A stretch of DNA of 64,000 nt from an uncultured bacterium (GTDB lineage Bacteria; Oederibacteriota; JAAXVQ01; JAUVAV01): the NCBI GenBank assembly GCA_963710755.1, contig CAVQBK010000013.1:416001-480000 (forward strand), given 5' to 3'. The notes under the pieces were generated by a model. The model searched no databases. It worked only from the letters and a program-made list of their open reading frames with translations, and had not been told where the DNA came from. Of the stretch, positions 45,615 through 55,631 are shown piece by piece (position 1 is the stretch's first letter; the number at the start of each line of letters is the position of its first letter). The position numbers and the translations under genes were made by a program.

Positions 45615-47719
45615 AATTTAAGCTCCCCATCGGGAAAATAGTGATTCAAGATAGCGAGATAATCAAAGCCCTGGTTGCCCATGGCCCCGGCCCCGGCCTG
45701 GCATAAGCCCACGCCATGACCCCAGCCGCCGCCCCATATCAACCAGGCCTCGGCCGCCTTTTGTTGGGGCGAAATCCGCAAAGGTAACAGTTCAAATAAA
45801 TTACTGCGCAATCCGCCTAAAGCGGAGCGAATATAATCCCGGTAAACTTGATGCGTGCCTTTGTCTCCAATAAGTTCAATATGTCTGACATAGCCGCTGG
45901 GACTTCGCTCCCGGATGCGAATGGCTTTCAGCGTGCCGATGTGGTACTTTCTGTCGATTACCTCTGAGAGCTCATCCTGTTCCATAATTTTAATCCAGCG
46001 GAAGCTGTGTTTGCCGGAAAAATGAGTGTCACTGCAAAAAACAGATGGTGTTCCAGTCAACCATTCATCCAGCCGGGCCGGCGACAAGGGCAGGCTCGCC
46101 GCAGTGGGTGTGGCTGGATTCACATCGGCAATACCTTGAGGATTATAGGGATCGGAACCTTTTTTCCACCATGCTTCCTTATAGCCTTGGGTTAAGCCAC
46201 CGCAGGCATGGGAATAAAAAGTTGGCAAGAGCCGGCCATTTTTTTCCAAAACTTCGCCCTGAGTGGAGGCCACGGCTTCATGGCTGGCAGAATGTTCCAC
46301 AGTAACACCGCGATAAACGGCGCAGTGAGTGGTGGCACAAACATCATAACCATCCTTGCGGTGATTGTTGCGCCGGTTAAGCGTATCCGTGCGTGCCACC
46401 ACCGCTTGGGTCTTCAAGGCTTCCAAAGGCCAGCTGGCCGGCATTTCCCCGGGCACCACGCTGAGCAGATAGTCTTCCAACAGTACTTCATTAACCAGTT
46501 TCAAAGTCTTGCGGGAAGGACTAATCGTCAGGCGGCCGCGATAATAACTGGTGCTCTTGGTGCCACCGCTCCAAAAATAGCCGGCATTAAGATAGTGCTT
46601 GAATACCACCAGCACTTTTTCCGGGTTCAAGGGTTTTAGGGTAATCGATTGATTTATCCTTTTCAGGGGTTTGCCATCCCAGGTCATGAGCATCCACCCT
46701 TTACCGGGCACTTGATTAATCCGGTAGCCTTGGCGGGCTCTGCCCTTCCAGAAATTGCGGCCCTTGCGGTCCAAAGCCCGCCAGGGACCAAGACATCCAA
46801 ACCACAGCGAAGGCAAGGCTTTGCCCAATCCCACTTTAATCACCGGGTCATCTTTTTGACCCAGCGGCTGGATGGTTATATCCTTAAAAACAGGCGGCGG
46901 CAAGGATGATGCCACCAGTCTGGGCCCGGGCGTGGGTGAAATGGTGGGGGTAGGCACCAGTTCGGCAAGCCGCTCTTGGGCGGACTTCACTTCCTGCGAT
47001 AGCCCGATAATGGATCTTACCCTGCGCCAATACCTGCGCGCTTGAATCCAGGCATTCTCTTTTTCTGCAAGCATAGCCAGATCGCGATATACCGGCCACA
47101 GGCTGGCATCGTCTTTGACGGCGCTGTGATATTCTTCCTTGGCCCGCTTGATAAAATAGGCCCCCTCGGTTAGGGAACTTTGGGCCAAGCCCTGAAAAGT
47201 GCGTCCCAACAGCAGATGAGCAGTGGCCAGTCGGGAATACTCCCGCAACGCCTGCCAGAGCCAATTCACAGCCTGATGGTAATCCTTGGTCTTGGTGGCA
47301 ATCCACCCCAACAGCAGGCGTTCGTGAAAATGATCGCCCGGGGTGGACAAAACTTTTTTAAATTCTTCCGCTGCGCGCGCAAGTTCGCCATTAGCCAGGT
47401 AGGCTTGCCCCATAAGAACCCCTTGATCTTGGGCATGTTGTAATAACTGGAGTGCTTTTTCAAGGTGATGGTCCGCCATCAATACCAGAGCCTGATCCTT
47501 AAGCAGCTCCTTGTCCTCAGGAGCATGGGCCAAAAGACGGTCGTACTCCTTGGCCGCCTTTTCATAATTCCCTTGGTAATAAGAAACTTTGGCTTGAAGG
47601 CGGTCTCCCGCCGGTTTTTGCCCTGCTGCCAGGGTCAGGGTGCATAAGCTCACGGCCGCAGCCAAAAGGATGCCTATTTTGGTTAGCTTGGATCGGCCTT
47701 GGACAGGGATAGCCGTCAT
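45602..47719 (-). CDS. TPR + SpoIID/LytB domain peptidoglycan lytic transglycosylase
   Basis: EDYLLSVVPGEMPASWPLEALKTQAVVART, GWGHGVGLCQ and ILNHYFP; N-terminal TPRs. Confidence 0.9.
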   Translation of the reverse strand: MTAIPVQGRSKLTKIGILLAAAVSLCTLTLAAGQKPAGDRLQAKVSYYQGNYEKAAKEYDRLLAHAPEDKELLKDQALVLMADHHLEKALQLLQHAQDQGVLMGQAYLANGELARAAEEFKKVLSTPGDHFHERLLLGWIATKTKDYHQAVNWLWQALREYSRLATAHLLLGRTFQGLAQSSLTEGAYFIKRAKEEYHSAVKDDASLWPVYRDLAMLAEKENAWIQARRYWRRVRSIIGLSQEVKSAQERLAELVPTPTISPTPGPRLVASSLPPPVFKDITIQPLGQKDDPVIKVGLGKALPSLWFGCLGPWRALDRKGRNFWKGRARQGYRINQVPGKGWMLMTWDGKPLKRINQSITLKPLNPEKVLVVFKHYLNAGYFWSGGTKSTSYYRGRLTISPSRKTLKLVNEVLLEDYLLSVVPGEMPASWPLEALKTQAVVARTDTLNRRNNHRKDGYDVCATTHCAVYRGVTVEHSASHEAVASTQGEVLEKNGRLLPTFYSHACGGLTQGYKEAWWKKGSDPYNPQGIADVNPATPTAASLPLSPARLDEWLTGTPSVFCSDTHFSGKHSFRWIKIMEQDELSEVIDRKYHIGTLKAIRIRERSPSGYVRHIELIGDKGTHQVYRDYIRSALGGLRSNLFELLPLRISPQQKAAEAWLIWGGGWGHGVGLCQAGAGAMGNQGFDYLAILNHYFPDGELKLWSP

Positions 47720-48288
47720 GATGATGACGGGACTTGGGGGACCGACGACGAAGGGGTCAGAAAGCTGAGCAGGATCAACCAGCCAACACCGATGACCACC
47801 GCGCTGTCGGCCACATTAAAGATGGGGAAATGGAATGAACGGTAGCTGAATTCAATGAAATCAATAACGGTACCTGCCTGTAAACGGTCGATCATGTTGC
47901 CCAGAGCACCGCCGGTGATCAAACCCAATGGGATCATCAGTCGCCAGCCTTTGGGTTGTTCCAGTAAAGCCATGATGCTCATAAGCAGCGAAGCCCCGAT
48001 GGCAATAATAATAAACAGGGTTAAGCGCCAGGGATAATTGTGGTGCGCCAAAAAGCTGAAAGCCGCGCCGGGGTTGCGGACATATGTCAACTTCAGAACA
48101 TTGCCCAGCACCGGCCAGCTTTCATACAAACTCATATGAGAGGTCACCAGAGCTTTGCTGATCCGGTCCAAGCCCAGGGCCACTGCAGCGACCAAGGTAT
48201 AGAGCCCGAAGGCCCAAGTCAGTTTGAGATGTTGAATTTGTTCCACCATATTCTGCCAATGCTGCTTATGCTGCCCCATGGTGATCAA
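47716..48288 (-). CDS. lspA: Lipoprotein signal peptidase II
   Basis: NPGAAFS, GALGNMIDR, VIDF and FNVADS motifs; follows ileS. Confidence 0.95.
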   Translation of the reverse strand: MITMGQHKQHWQNMVEQIQHLKLTWAFGLYTLVAAVALGLDRISKALVTSHMSLYESWPVLGNVLKLTYVRNPGAAFSFLAHHNYPWRLTLFIIIAIGASLLMSIMALLEQPKGWRLMIPLGLITGGALGNMIDRLQAGTVIDFIEFSYRSFHFPIFNVADSAVVIGVGWLILLSFLTPSSSVPQVPSSS

Positions 48289-51098
48289 CTCCGCCCGGGC
48301 TGCGCTGAGTCGAGAGGCAGGCTGTTATTAACCACATCCGCACAGCGTGCGCATAGTTGAGGATGGTCCTCGCGTTGACCGACAGTGGCTAAAATCCTCC
48401 AACACCGTTCGCATTTTTTTCCCGTGGCCGGGGTGACCGTAATGGTCAGTTCCGGTCCGGTGGCACCGGCTTCCTCCAACTTCACTTCGGAGACTACCAA
48501 AAAAGTCGGCAGAAAGTCCTGATGCGCCGTCAGCAGTGCAGCCTTAGCACCCCGTGTCTTGATGGTAACCGCCGCTTCATAAGAATGGCGGATCTGTTTT
48601 TGCAGACGGGCGTCCTCCATCTGCTTCATCACTTCCGCGCGCAGATCAAAGAGGGCCTGCCATTGCTGCTCCAACTCGGTATCCTTCCAAGCCTCTGGGT
48701 TGTCCAGCCAGTTCAGAAGATGAACCGAAGGCTGGTCCTCTGTAGCCCGGACCAGGCTTTGTTGTCTCATTTCCTGCCAGGTTTCCTCGGCGGTGTGAAT
48801 GAGAATGGGGGTAATAGCTCTTAGCAGATAGTTTAAAATATGCCAGAGCACAGTTTGAGCCGATTGACGGGAAAAAGATTCCTGATCATCGGCATACAAC
48901 CGGTCTTTGCAGACATCAAAATAAAAAGCGGAAAGATCAGTGGCACAAAAATTCTGCAGTACTTGGAACAACTTATGAAACTCATAGCTCTCATAGGATG
49001 CTTGCATTTGCTCCACGAAGAGTGCCAGCCGATGTAACATATATTGGTCCATAGCCATCATCTGGTCCCGTGCCAAACTTTTAGTGGGATCAAACCCATG
49101 AAGGTTGCCCAATAAAAACCGCAGGCTGTTACGGATGCGGCGGTAGGAATCCACTGTTCTTTTAAAAATTTCATTGGAAGCGCGAATATCATTTTGAATG
49201 TTTTCCGAGGCCACCCACAGACGCAGAATATCCGCGCCGCCGTAACGGGCAATGGCTTCTGTGGAACTGATGAAGTTCCCCAGGGATTTGGACATTTTTT
49301 TGCCTTCCCCGTCCACAATATAGCCATGGGTTAGCACGGCCCGGTAAGGGGCCTGATCCAAGGAGGCCATAGCGGTTAAGAGTGATACCTGAAACCAACC
49401 GCGGTGCTGGTCAGATCCTTCCAGATAAAGATCAGCAGGAAAACGCAGGTCCGGCCGCTTGGCTACCACTGCCGTGTGGGAAGTGCTGGAATCGAACCAC
49501 ACATCCAAGATATCTGTTTCCTTGCGGAAAGCGGTGCCTTGGCAGTGGGCGCACACCGTGCCCGCCGGCAGAAGTTCTTCCACTGATTTCTCGAACCAGG
49601 CATCAGCGCTCTCTTTGGCCACGATGTCTTCAATGGCTTGGAACACACGCTCTGCCATCACCGGTTCGCCACAGGCCGTGCAATAAACAATAGGAACGGG
49701 TACACCCCAGGCCCGCTGCCGGGACAAGCACCAGTCCGGCCGGCCCTCCACCATGGCGGCAATGCGGTTGCGCGAAATTTCCGGAATCCAGCGAATATCC
49801 TGTTCAATGGCGGTCAGTAAACGCTGGCGGAAATTGTCCTTGTCCACATTCATAAACCACTGTTCCGTAGCTCTGAAAATAATCGGCGTGTGATGGCGCC
49901 AGCAATGGGGATAGCTATGCTTGAGTTTGGAACTGGCCATGAGGGCCTGCTTTTCCTCGAGCAGGCGGATAATGGGATCATTGGCGTCAAACACCAACTG
50001 ACCTTGCATAAGGGGAAATTGGGCGGTAAAGCGTCCATCAGGACCGACGGGATTAAAAACCTCCAGCCCAAACTGTTTGCCGGCCACAAAATCTTCCTGG
50101 CCGTGACCAGGCGCTGTATGTACACAGCCTGTACCATTATCTACGGTCACATGGGTGCCTGTAATCACAGGAACAACGCGGTCCAAAAAGGGATGCTGGC
50201 AGCACAAGCCCAGCAGGGATTGGCCTTTAACTTTGCCCAGGCGTTCAAAGGGTTTTCCCAGCATCTTCCAATTGGCATCGACCAAGGCATCCGCCAGAAT
50301 ATAATAGGCCCCTTCTGAGGCTACCAGGACATAGTCCAGGTCAGGATGAACAGCAATGGCTTCATTGGCCGGCAGGGTCCAGGGTGTAGTCGTCCAGATG
50401 GGAATATAGACCGGACCATCCGGTTTTTCCCCCAGGCCTTCCGGCCAGCCTTCCACAAGTTTAAAACGAACCGTGATGCTGGGACTGGTATGGTCGGCAT
50501 ACTCGACTTCTGCTTCAGCCAGGGCGCTTTGGCACTCCGGGCACCAATGTACCGGTTTCAGGCCACGATAAATAAATCCCCGGCCGGCTAATTGTCCGAA
50601 GAGATGAATAATGGCGGCCTGGTACGATTTGTCCATGGTCAGGTAGGGATGATCCCAATCCCCCAATACTCCCAACCGTTGAAATTGTGCTTTTTGATGG
50701 GCCACAAATTTTTCCGCATAACTGCGGCAGGCTTTACGTACCACCAAGCGGTCGGCGGACTTTTCCTCTGATAATTGTGCCACCACCTTGTGTTCAATGG
50801 GCATGCCGTGACAGTCCCAGCCCGGGACGTAAGGCGCGTCAAAGCCTTGCATGCTTTTAAATTTAATGATGATATCCTTGGAAATTTTATTGAAGGCCGT
50901 GCCCATATGCACGTCACCGTTGGCATAGGGAGGACCGTCGTGCAGCACGAATTTTGGTTTGCCGTCGGCCTGCTGGCGGATTAATTCATAAAGTCCCATC
51001 TGTTGCCATTGGGCTTGGATCTCCGGTTCCCTGGTCACCAGGGAAGCCTTCATGGGAAAAGCGGTCTGCGGTAAATTAATCGTCTTACTATAATCCAT
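48285..51098 (-). CDS. ileS: Isoleucyl-tRNA synthetase (type 1, C-terminal Zn finger)
   Basis: HDGPPYANG.VHMG, GWDCHGMPIE, WCLSRQR.WG, KMSKSLGN and CERCW...CARC. Confidence 0.98.
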   Translation of the reverse strand: MDYSKTINLPQTAFPMKASLVTREPEIQAQWQQMGLYELIRQQADGKPKFVLHDGPPYANGDVHMGTAFNKISKDIIIKFKSMQGFDAPYVPGWDCHGMPIEHKVVAQLSEEKSADRLVVRKACRSYAEKFVAHQKAQFQRLGVLGDWDHPYLTMDKSYQAAIIHLFGQLAGRGFIYRGLKPVHWCPECQSALAEAEVEYADHTSPSITVRFKLVEGWPEGLGEKPDGPVYIPIWTTTPWTLPANEAIAVHPDLDYVLVASEGAYYILADALVDANWKMLGKPFERLGKVKGQSLLGLCCQHPFLDRVVPVITGTHVTVDNGTGCVHTAPGHGQEDFVAGKQFGLEVFNPVGPDGRFTAQFPLMQGQLVFDANDPIIRLLEEKQALMASSKLKHSYPHCWRHHTPIIFRATEQWFMNVDKDNFRQRLLTAIEQDIRWIPEISRNRIAAMVEGRPDWCLSRQRAWGVPVPIVYCTACGEPVMAERVFQAIEDIVAKESADAWFEKSVEELLPAGTVCAHCQGTAFRKETDILDVWFDSSTSHTAVVAKRPDLRFPADLYLEGSDQHRGWFQVSLLTAMASLDQAPYRAVLTHGYIVDGEGKKMSKSLGNFISSTEAIARYGGADILRLWVASENIQNDIRASNEIFKRTVDSYRRIRNSLRFLLGNLHGFDPTKSLARDQMMAMDQYMLHRLALFVEQMQASYESYEFHKLFQVLQNFCATDLSAFYFDVCKDRLYADDQESFSRQSAQTVLWHILNYLLRAITPILIHTAEETWQEMRQQSLVRATEDQPSVHLLNWLDNPEAWKDTELEQQWQALFDLRAEVMKQMEDARLQKQIRHSYEAAVTIKTRGAKAALLTAHQDFLPTFLVVSEVKLEEAGATGPELTITVTPATGKKCERCWRILATVGQREDHPQLCARCADVVNNSLPLDSAQPGRS

Positions 51099-51239
51099 TG
51101 GGCAACTCCATCATTCTGAAAAATGTTGTGATGTTTGGTGGCTGAGACGGGTGGCTGCATAAACTAGAGGTTTTTCGCCGGACTGGTTCAGCCCGCCGGG
51201 GAGGCTTGCCAGCCCTGCTCTCAATTAATTTTTGCGGCT

Positions 51240-51269
51240 ATCATAGCATCCCCTTGATTCTCGTGTCAA
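51240..51269 (-). promoter_or_regulatory. Putative sigma70 promoter of the ileS operon
   Basis: TTGACA-18-TATGAT with extended TG. Confidence 0.6.
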
Positions 51270-51541
51270 TGCGCTTAGCCGGCAGGTGACGAACCGGCAG
51301 GATCTTACCTAAGCAGGTAAAAAGAAATTAAAATTATTCGCGGCCAAGGATACTGCATTCATCAAAAAGCTGGAAAACTGTTGAGGCGACCATGAATTGC
51401 GTGATTGCGCCACCCCCGAGGTTGGTCCGGTTTGTTTTAGCATGGAGAAACCATCGTATCAGGACTTTGGAGCCAATCTTTTTAGATTAACTTATATCCG
51501 CCCTAGCCCACTTCCCACAACCATTTTATTTATTTCTGTGG

Positions 51542-52207
51542 TTAAAAAGCCAAACCAACGTTTACCCCACCGCCGACAAATCCAAAGATAATAATAGCCA
51601 GGGCACCCGCACCACTTGCATCACCTAAAGGAACAGTCGGTCCGACATCGAAAAAAAAGCCGAATATAAAACCGTTTTTATAAAAGTACTTTTGCCCCAT
51701 CTCAAATTTTACCATCGCTCTGGACCAAACCGTCTCGAAAACCACATCCGACCGGAGGCCCAAATATAATCCATGGGGCGCCGTTTCTCCCGGATATAAG
51801 CGATATGAAAATCCGGCGGCATGACCAGGTCCTGCCCCCCCGATATAACTTAAGCCACCGCGCACGGCCAAGGTGGATAGGGGGTTTAAAACCAACTCGA
51901 CCTCAATGTTTGGTTGAACAACAATTGTTGACAACAGGTTTATCGTCAATGAATTAAGCTGCCGATAGTGCCAGAGCTCTGAAAGTAAAATATGCTCATG
52001 AGTTTTGGCATTGAAAATGGTTTCGATTTCAGCTTGCGGAATTTCGACAACGTGGTGATTGGTTTCCAAGAAAATAGATTGGGTATCGGCATTAAAGAGA
52101 TTGCCCTGCTCCAGTCCACCCGCCTTCAAAATGACATTCACTGTTTCCGCACTGGCGGTTGCCGTAAGCAGACTTAATCCCAAGAGCCCCATGAAAACCC
52201 GTTTCAT
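51542..52207 (-). CDS. Hypothetical exported protein, small N-terminal domain plus probable OM beta-barrel (DUF3575-like)
   Basis: Signal peptide ending ASA; C-terminal VNVGLAF beta-signal; paralogous to the neighbouring gene. Confidence 0.65.
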   Translation of the reverse strand: MKRVFMGLLGLSLLTATASAETVNVILKAGGLEQGNLFNADTQSIFLETNHHVVEIPQAEIETIFNAKTHEHILLSELWHYRQLNSLTINLLSTIVVQPNIEVELVLNPLSTLAVRGGLSYIGGAGPGHAAGFSYRLYPGETAPHGLYLGLRSDVVFETVWSRAMVKFEMGQKYFYKNGFIFGFFFDVGPTVPLGDASGAGALAIIIFGFVGGGVNVGLAF

Positions 52208-52279
52208 ATCTATCCCTTCCTACCCCACTTTTTATTATGGCAACACAAATCTTTAGTTGCCGGCACCAGGGTCATCGCT

Positions 52280-53461
52280 TTAAAAGCCATAGCCAAAACC
52301 AATGCTCATTCCAATCCTGAAGCCCTGGTCAAGGCTCTCGGGTGTGGTTGCAGATTCAAAAAGAAGATCACCCAGCAAGGTAAGTGCCCATGGGGTTTCT
52401 GGGCTGAGAAAGAAATGATAACCAAATTCCAAACCGGCATTCCAATAAGGATCGATATCATTTATCCAATCTTGCATATATTCCACGTTCGGACCAATCG
52501 AAAATCCTCGCGGCGCCTGCAGATCGGAAAGGAAGAAGCGATACCTTAATCCGGCGCCAAACCCGCGGAGAGGGAGTCTTCCTCTTCCGGCAAATGGCGG
52601 TCCGGTTTGAATCAGGCGCACCGCCAAACTTGTTGTGTTGGTTATGCGCCTTTCGACTTCCAACACTTTTACTCCTGCAAGCAAAGATAGTGGTTGGATG
52701 GTGATATTGGTTGGAACGGCCGAACGGTTTTCTGGGACCCTAGGAAGTGGCGATTTGACGAGCACGCGTTTTTCAGGATCACCTTCGGGATTTAAGGAGA
52801 ACGGCTGCTTAGTTTTTGAATCGAAGACCGTATTCACTTGATTTAAAGGGATTTTAACAACTTTCCCTTCATTTTCCAAATACAAGGTATCCTCGCTCAA
52901 CCCCAACAAAAGGCCTTGTTTTTCTTCTGAATCGTGCAAGATCACGGTCACAGTCTCCGCGGAAGCCAGGCAAGCAATGAGTATAAATATGAAGCTGAGC
53001 AAAACGCAGGCTGGTTTGAACAGAATGTTCCTCTTTATTAGAAGAATAAATAGTGAAACACACGCCATTTCACCCATGGGCTTAAAGAAGTGCATACGTT
53101 CCATATCATAGTATCGATTAATAAAATTTATCTTGTCAATGCCGGTTGGTCTTCTTGCGGCACCGGGCTTGAAAAACAAGTCGTCCTCACCTTCCTTGAT
53201 GGTTCGATGGGGCTTGATTGCCCATTGCGAATTTTGTTGGTCTAGGGCCTTCTTGACCCCTTTAACTCCCCACTGAAATCGCATGCTCCTAATCCCCCAA
53301 GTGTTTCTCGCATCCGCCATGGTGGTTCCGGTTCTTCTGCGAACAATTTCTTTATCTTCCACCTCTATTTTCAAGCATACCACATATACACTATCCGCTC
53401 CGGATACCAGCTGATTTTCTACGAGCTTGTCTGCACTTAGGTTTGGCCGGCTGCGCACCAT
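52280..53461 (-). CDS. Hypothetical exported protein paralogous to 51542-52207 (true start probably about 53020-53080)
   Basis: Internal signal peptide ...CLASAETVTVIL; C-terminal IGFGYGF beta-signal; the first ~140 codons are doubtful. Confidence 0.55.
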   Translation of the reverse strand: MVRSRPNLSADKLVENQLVSGADSVYVVCLKIEVEDKEIVRRRTGTTMADARNTWGIRSMRFQWGVKGVKKALDQQNSQWAIKPHRTIKEGEDDLFFKPGAARRPTGIDKINFINRYYDMERMHFFKPMGEMACVSLFILLIKRNILFKPACVLLSFIFILIACLASAETVTVILHDSEEKQGLLLGLSEDTLYLENEGKVVKIPLNQVNTVFDSKTKQPFSLNPEGDPEKRVLVKSPLPRVPENRSAVPTNITIQPLSLLAGVKVLEVERRITNTTSLAVRLIQTGPPFAGRGRLPLRGFGAGLRYRFFLSDLQAPRGFSIGPNVEYMQDWINDIDPYWNAGLEFGYHFFLSPETPWALTLLGDLLFESATTPESLDQGFRIGMSIGFGYGF

Positions 53462-53617
53462 GCAACCGTTTTATATTCCAAGCCCCAGAGACCACAACTA
53501 AGTCGTATCATGATTCAATGTCAAGGAATCGGAACACCTCTATGGCCCCGTGATCCTCGGGGGGGCATTTCAAGACCTGATTATTTCAATCCGGACCCCA
53601 TAAAGTCCGAAAAACGC

Positions 53618-54355
53618 TTAGTGCTGCTCTTCTTTCACCACCGGGCTGGGCTTGGCAATCAAACCGGAAGTGGTCACGTAGATCTCATAGCGGCTGCCGC
53701 TGCGGGCCGGCCGGGAGACGGCATTACCATAGACAGCCTCCACCAGGGGCAGCTGCAGATTGGTTTGGGTCAAGCCCCACCATAGCCAATCACGGCCGGC
53801 GTGAAGGGCGTAGGCCATATGACGCTGGTCCCGTTCATCTTTAGGGTTATCATAGATGCCCTTGAGTTGATTCAGACGGTAACCGGTATGAATACCCATA
53901 AGATTAACTTTGGGAACCCATTTTAAAATATGGGCATTCACTTCCCACATGTCCCCCAGCAGACTGTAGACTTGACCGCTTTGTTCGTGATTCTGCTGTA
54001 TGGGCGTGAAACGAACCAGCATTTCCTTGTTGCTTGGATTCCAGTTGAGCACATCCACCACGGCCACCAGTTTTTCCTTGGTAAAGGTTTGGTACGTTTT
54101 CAAACTCAACCCGGTGAGCAGCACCACCGCACCTGCCAGCATGATGATGACGACGACCATCAGCTGGAAAATCCAACGTCCCGGTTTAAGACCGGCCGAC
54201 CGTTTAATAGTCTTAGGATGACGCTGATGCAGACGTTCCACCATCACCAGCACTGTCCGTACCAGGGCCAGCAAACCAACAGCGATAATCACGGCGCCCA
54301 AGATCAACAGGCCGTTGCCGTTTTTCAACCAGGGAATCAAGTCCACGCCTGACAT
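53618..54355 (-). CDS. Conserved hypothetical membrane protein (2 N-terminal TM)
   Basis: Coupled to the hisS stop; GDMWEV.A.ILKW and EAVYGNAV...YEIYVTTSGL motifs. Confidence 0.7.
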   Translation of the reverse strand: MSGVDLIPWLKNGNGLLILGAVIIAVGLLALVRTVLVMVERLHQRHPKTIKRSAGLKPGRWIFQLMVVVIIMLAGAVVLLTGLSLKTYQTFTKEKLVAVVDVLNWNPSNKEMLVRFTPIQQNHEQSGQVYSLLGDMWEVNAHILKWVPKVNLMGIHTGYRLNQLKGIYDNPKDERDQRHMAYALHAGRDWLWWGLTQTNLQLPLVEAVYGNAVSRPARSGSRYEIYVTTSGLIAKPSPVVKEEQH

Positions 54356-55629
54356 CAGCTTACCTTTTGCCCGTGGTCATGGACATAACCCGGGATATCT
54401 TCCCAGGTCATTTTGGTTTGTTCCCCACTGGCCAGATGTTTTAATTCCACCTGCTGGCGGTCCACGAACACGGCGTAGGCGGCATGGAGTTTGTCCGCTC
54501 TTTTCATCATGGCCTTAATACTCTTGGACTCGTGCTCATAGCTCACCGCCAACCCCTGTTGTCTGAGTCGCATCACCTGTTGCAAAGTACTCAGGCGATC
54601 TTCCCCAGGTGCCACCACCAGCAAATCCGGATACCGCGGCTGATAAAAGGTGGGCGCAATCAGCTCCATGATTCTTTCCAACCCTAGCGACCAGCCAATG
54701 GCCGGCAGTGCCGGGCCTTCCAAATCCTGAAGCAGATGATCATAGCGCCCGCCCGCAGCCACGGCGTTCTGCGCGCCCAAGTTGGCGCTGACTATTTCAA
54801 AAACCGTGCGCGTATAATAATCCAATCCCCGCATTAAGCGGGGATTGATCCGGTAGTGGACCTCTAGTGCCTCCAGATAACCCACAACGTCCTGCTGATG
54901 GGTGCGGCAACCGTTGCATAAGGCATCCTGGATATTGGGAGCCTGTTGCATGACCGTGCGGCACTGTGGTTGCTTGCAATCAAAGAGTCGCAAGGGATTT
55001 TTATCCATCCGTTGTTGGCAATCAGAACACAGCTCAGTACTATGGGCACGGGCGTAATCACGCAATTGCCGGCTGTAGGCCGGCCGGCAGTCCTGGCATC
55101 CCACAGAATTGAGTTCTGTGTCAATGCCTGGAACCTGCAGGCGCTGTAGCATCTCCACCAGCATGGCCAGTGCTTCCGCATCCAAAGCCGCAGCCGCGCT
55201 GCCGATAAACTCCGCTCCGATTTGGGTGAACTGGCGCAAGCGCCCGCGCTGCGGACGCTCATAACGAAACATGGGCCCAATGTAAAAATAACGCTTAAGT
55301 CCTGGTGCTTGCTTATGAATCTCGTGTTCAATATAGGCCCGGACCACTGAGGCCGTGGCCTCCGGCCGCAAGACCATTTGGCTGTTGTCACCATCACCTT
55401 GATCTTTGGCCGGCACATAAAACATCTCTTTGTTCACAATATCCGTGCCCTCGCCCACACCTCGTTCAAAGAGATGCGTATGCTCCACAATGGGGGTTAT
55501 GATCTCACCCACGTCGTGAACACGAAAAAACTCCCGGGCTAAGGTAAAAATTTGTTGATAGTTCCGGGCGTCTTCTGGAAAGACATCTCGCATACCCTTG
55601 ACGCCGTGGTAACGATAGTTTTCAAGCAT
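54355..55629 (-). CDS. hisS: Histidyl-tRNA synthetase
   Basis: KGMRD, KEMF, LRPEATA, FRYERPQRGR.RQF.Q, RGLDYYT and GGRYD. Confidence 0.97.
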   Translation of the reverse strand: MLENYRYHGVKGMRDVFPEDARNYQQIFTLAREFFRVHDVGEIITPIVEHTHLFERGVGEGTDIVNKEMFYVPAKDQGDGDNSQMVLRPEATASVVRAYIEHEIHKQAPGLKRYFYIGPMFRYERPQRGRLRQFTQIGAEFIGSAAAALDAEALAMLVEMLQRLQVPGIDTELNSVGCQDCRPAYSRQLRDYARAHSTELCSDCQQRMDKNPLRLFDCKQPQCRTVMQQAPNIQDALCNGCRTHQQDVVGYLEALEVHYRINPRLMRGLDYYTRTVFEIVSANLGAQNAVAAGGRYDHLLQDLEGPALPAIGWSLGLERIMELIAPTFYQPRYPDLLVVAPGEDRLSTLQQVMRLRQQGLAVSYEHESKSIKAMMKRADKLHAAYAVFVDRQQVELKHLASGEQTKMTWEDIPGYVHDHGQKVS

Positions 55630-55631
55630 TC

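Noticed and set aside
51099-51240. T-box riboswitch before ileS
   Set aside because: No GGTGGNACCGCG T-box motif or terminator is visible, and the leader is short.
53139-53276. SRAP-like RWGLI fragment on the plus strand
   Set aside because: Short frame with a single motif and no N-terminal MCGR; probably chance.
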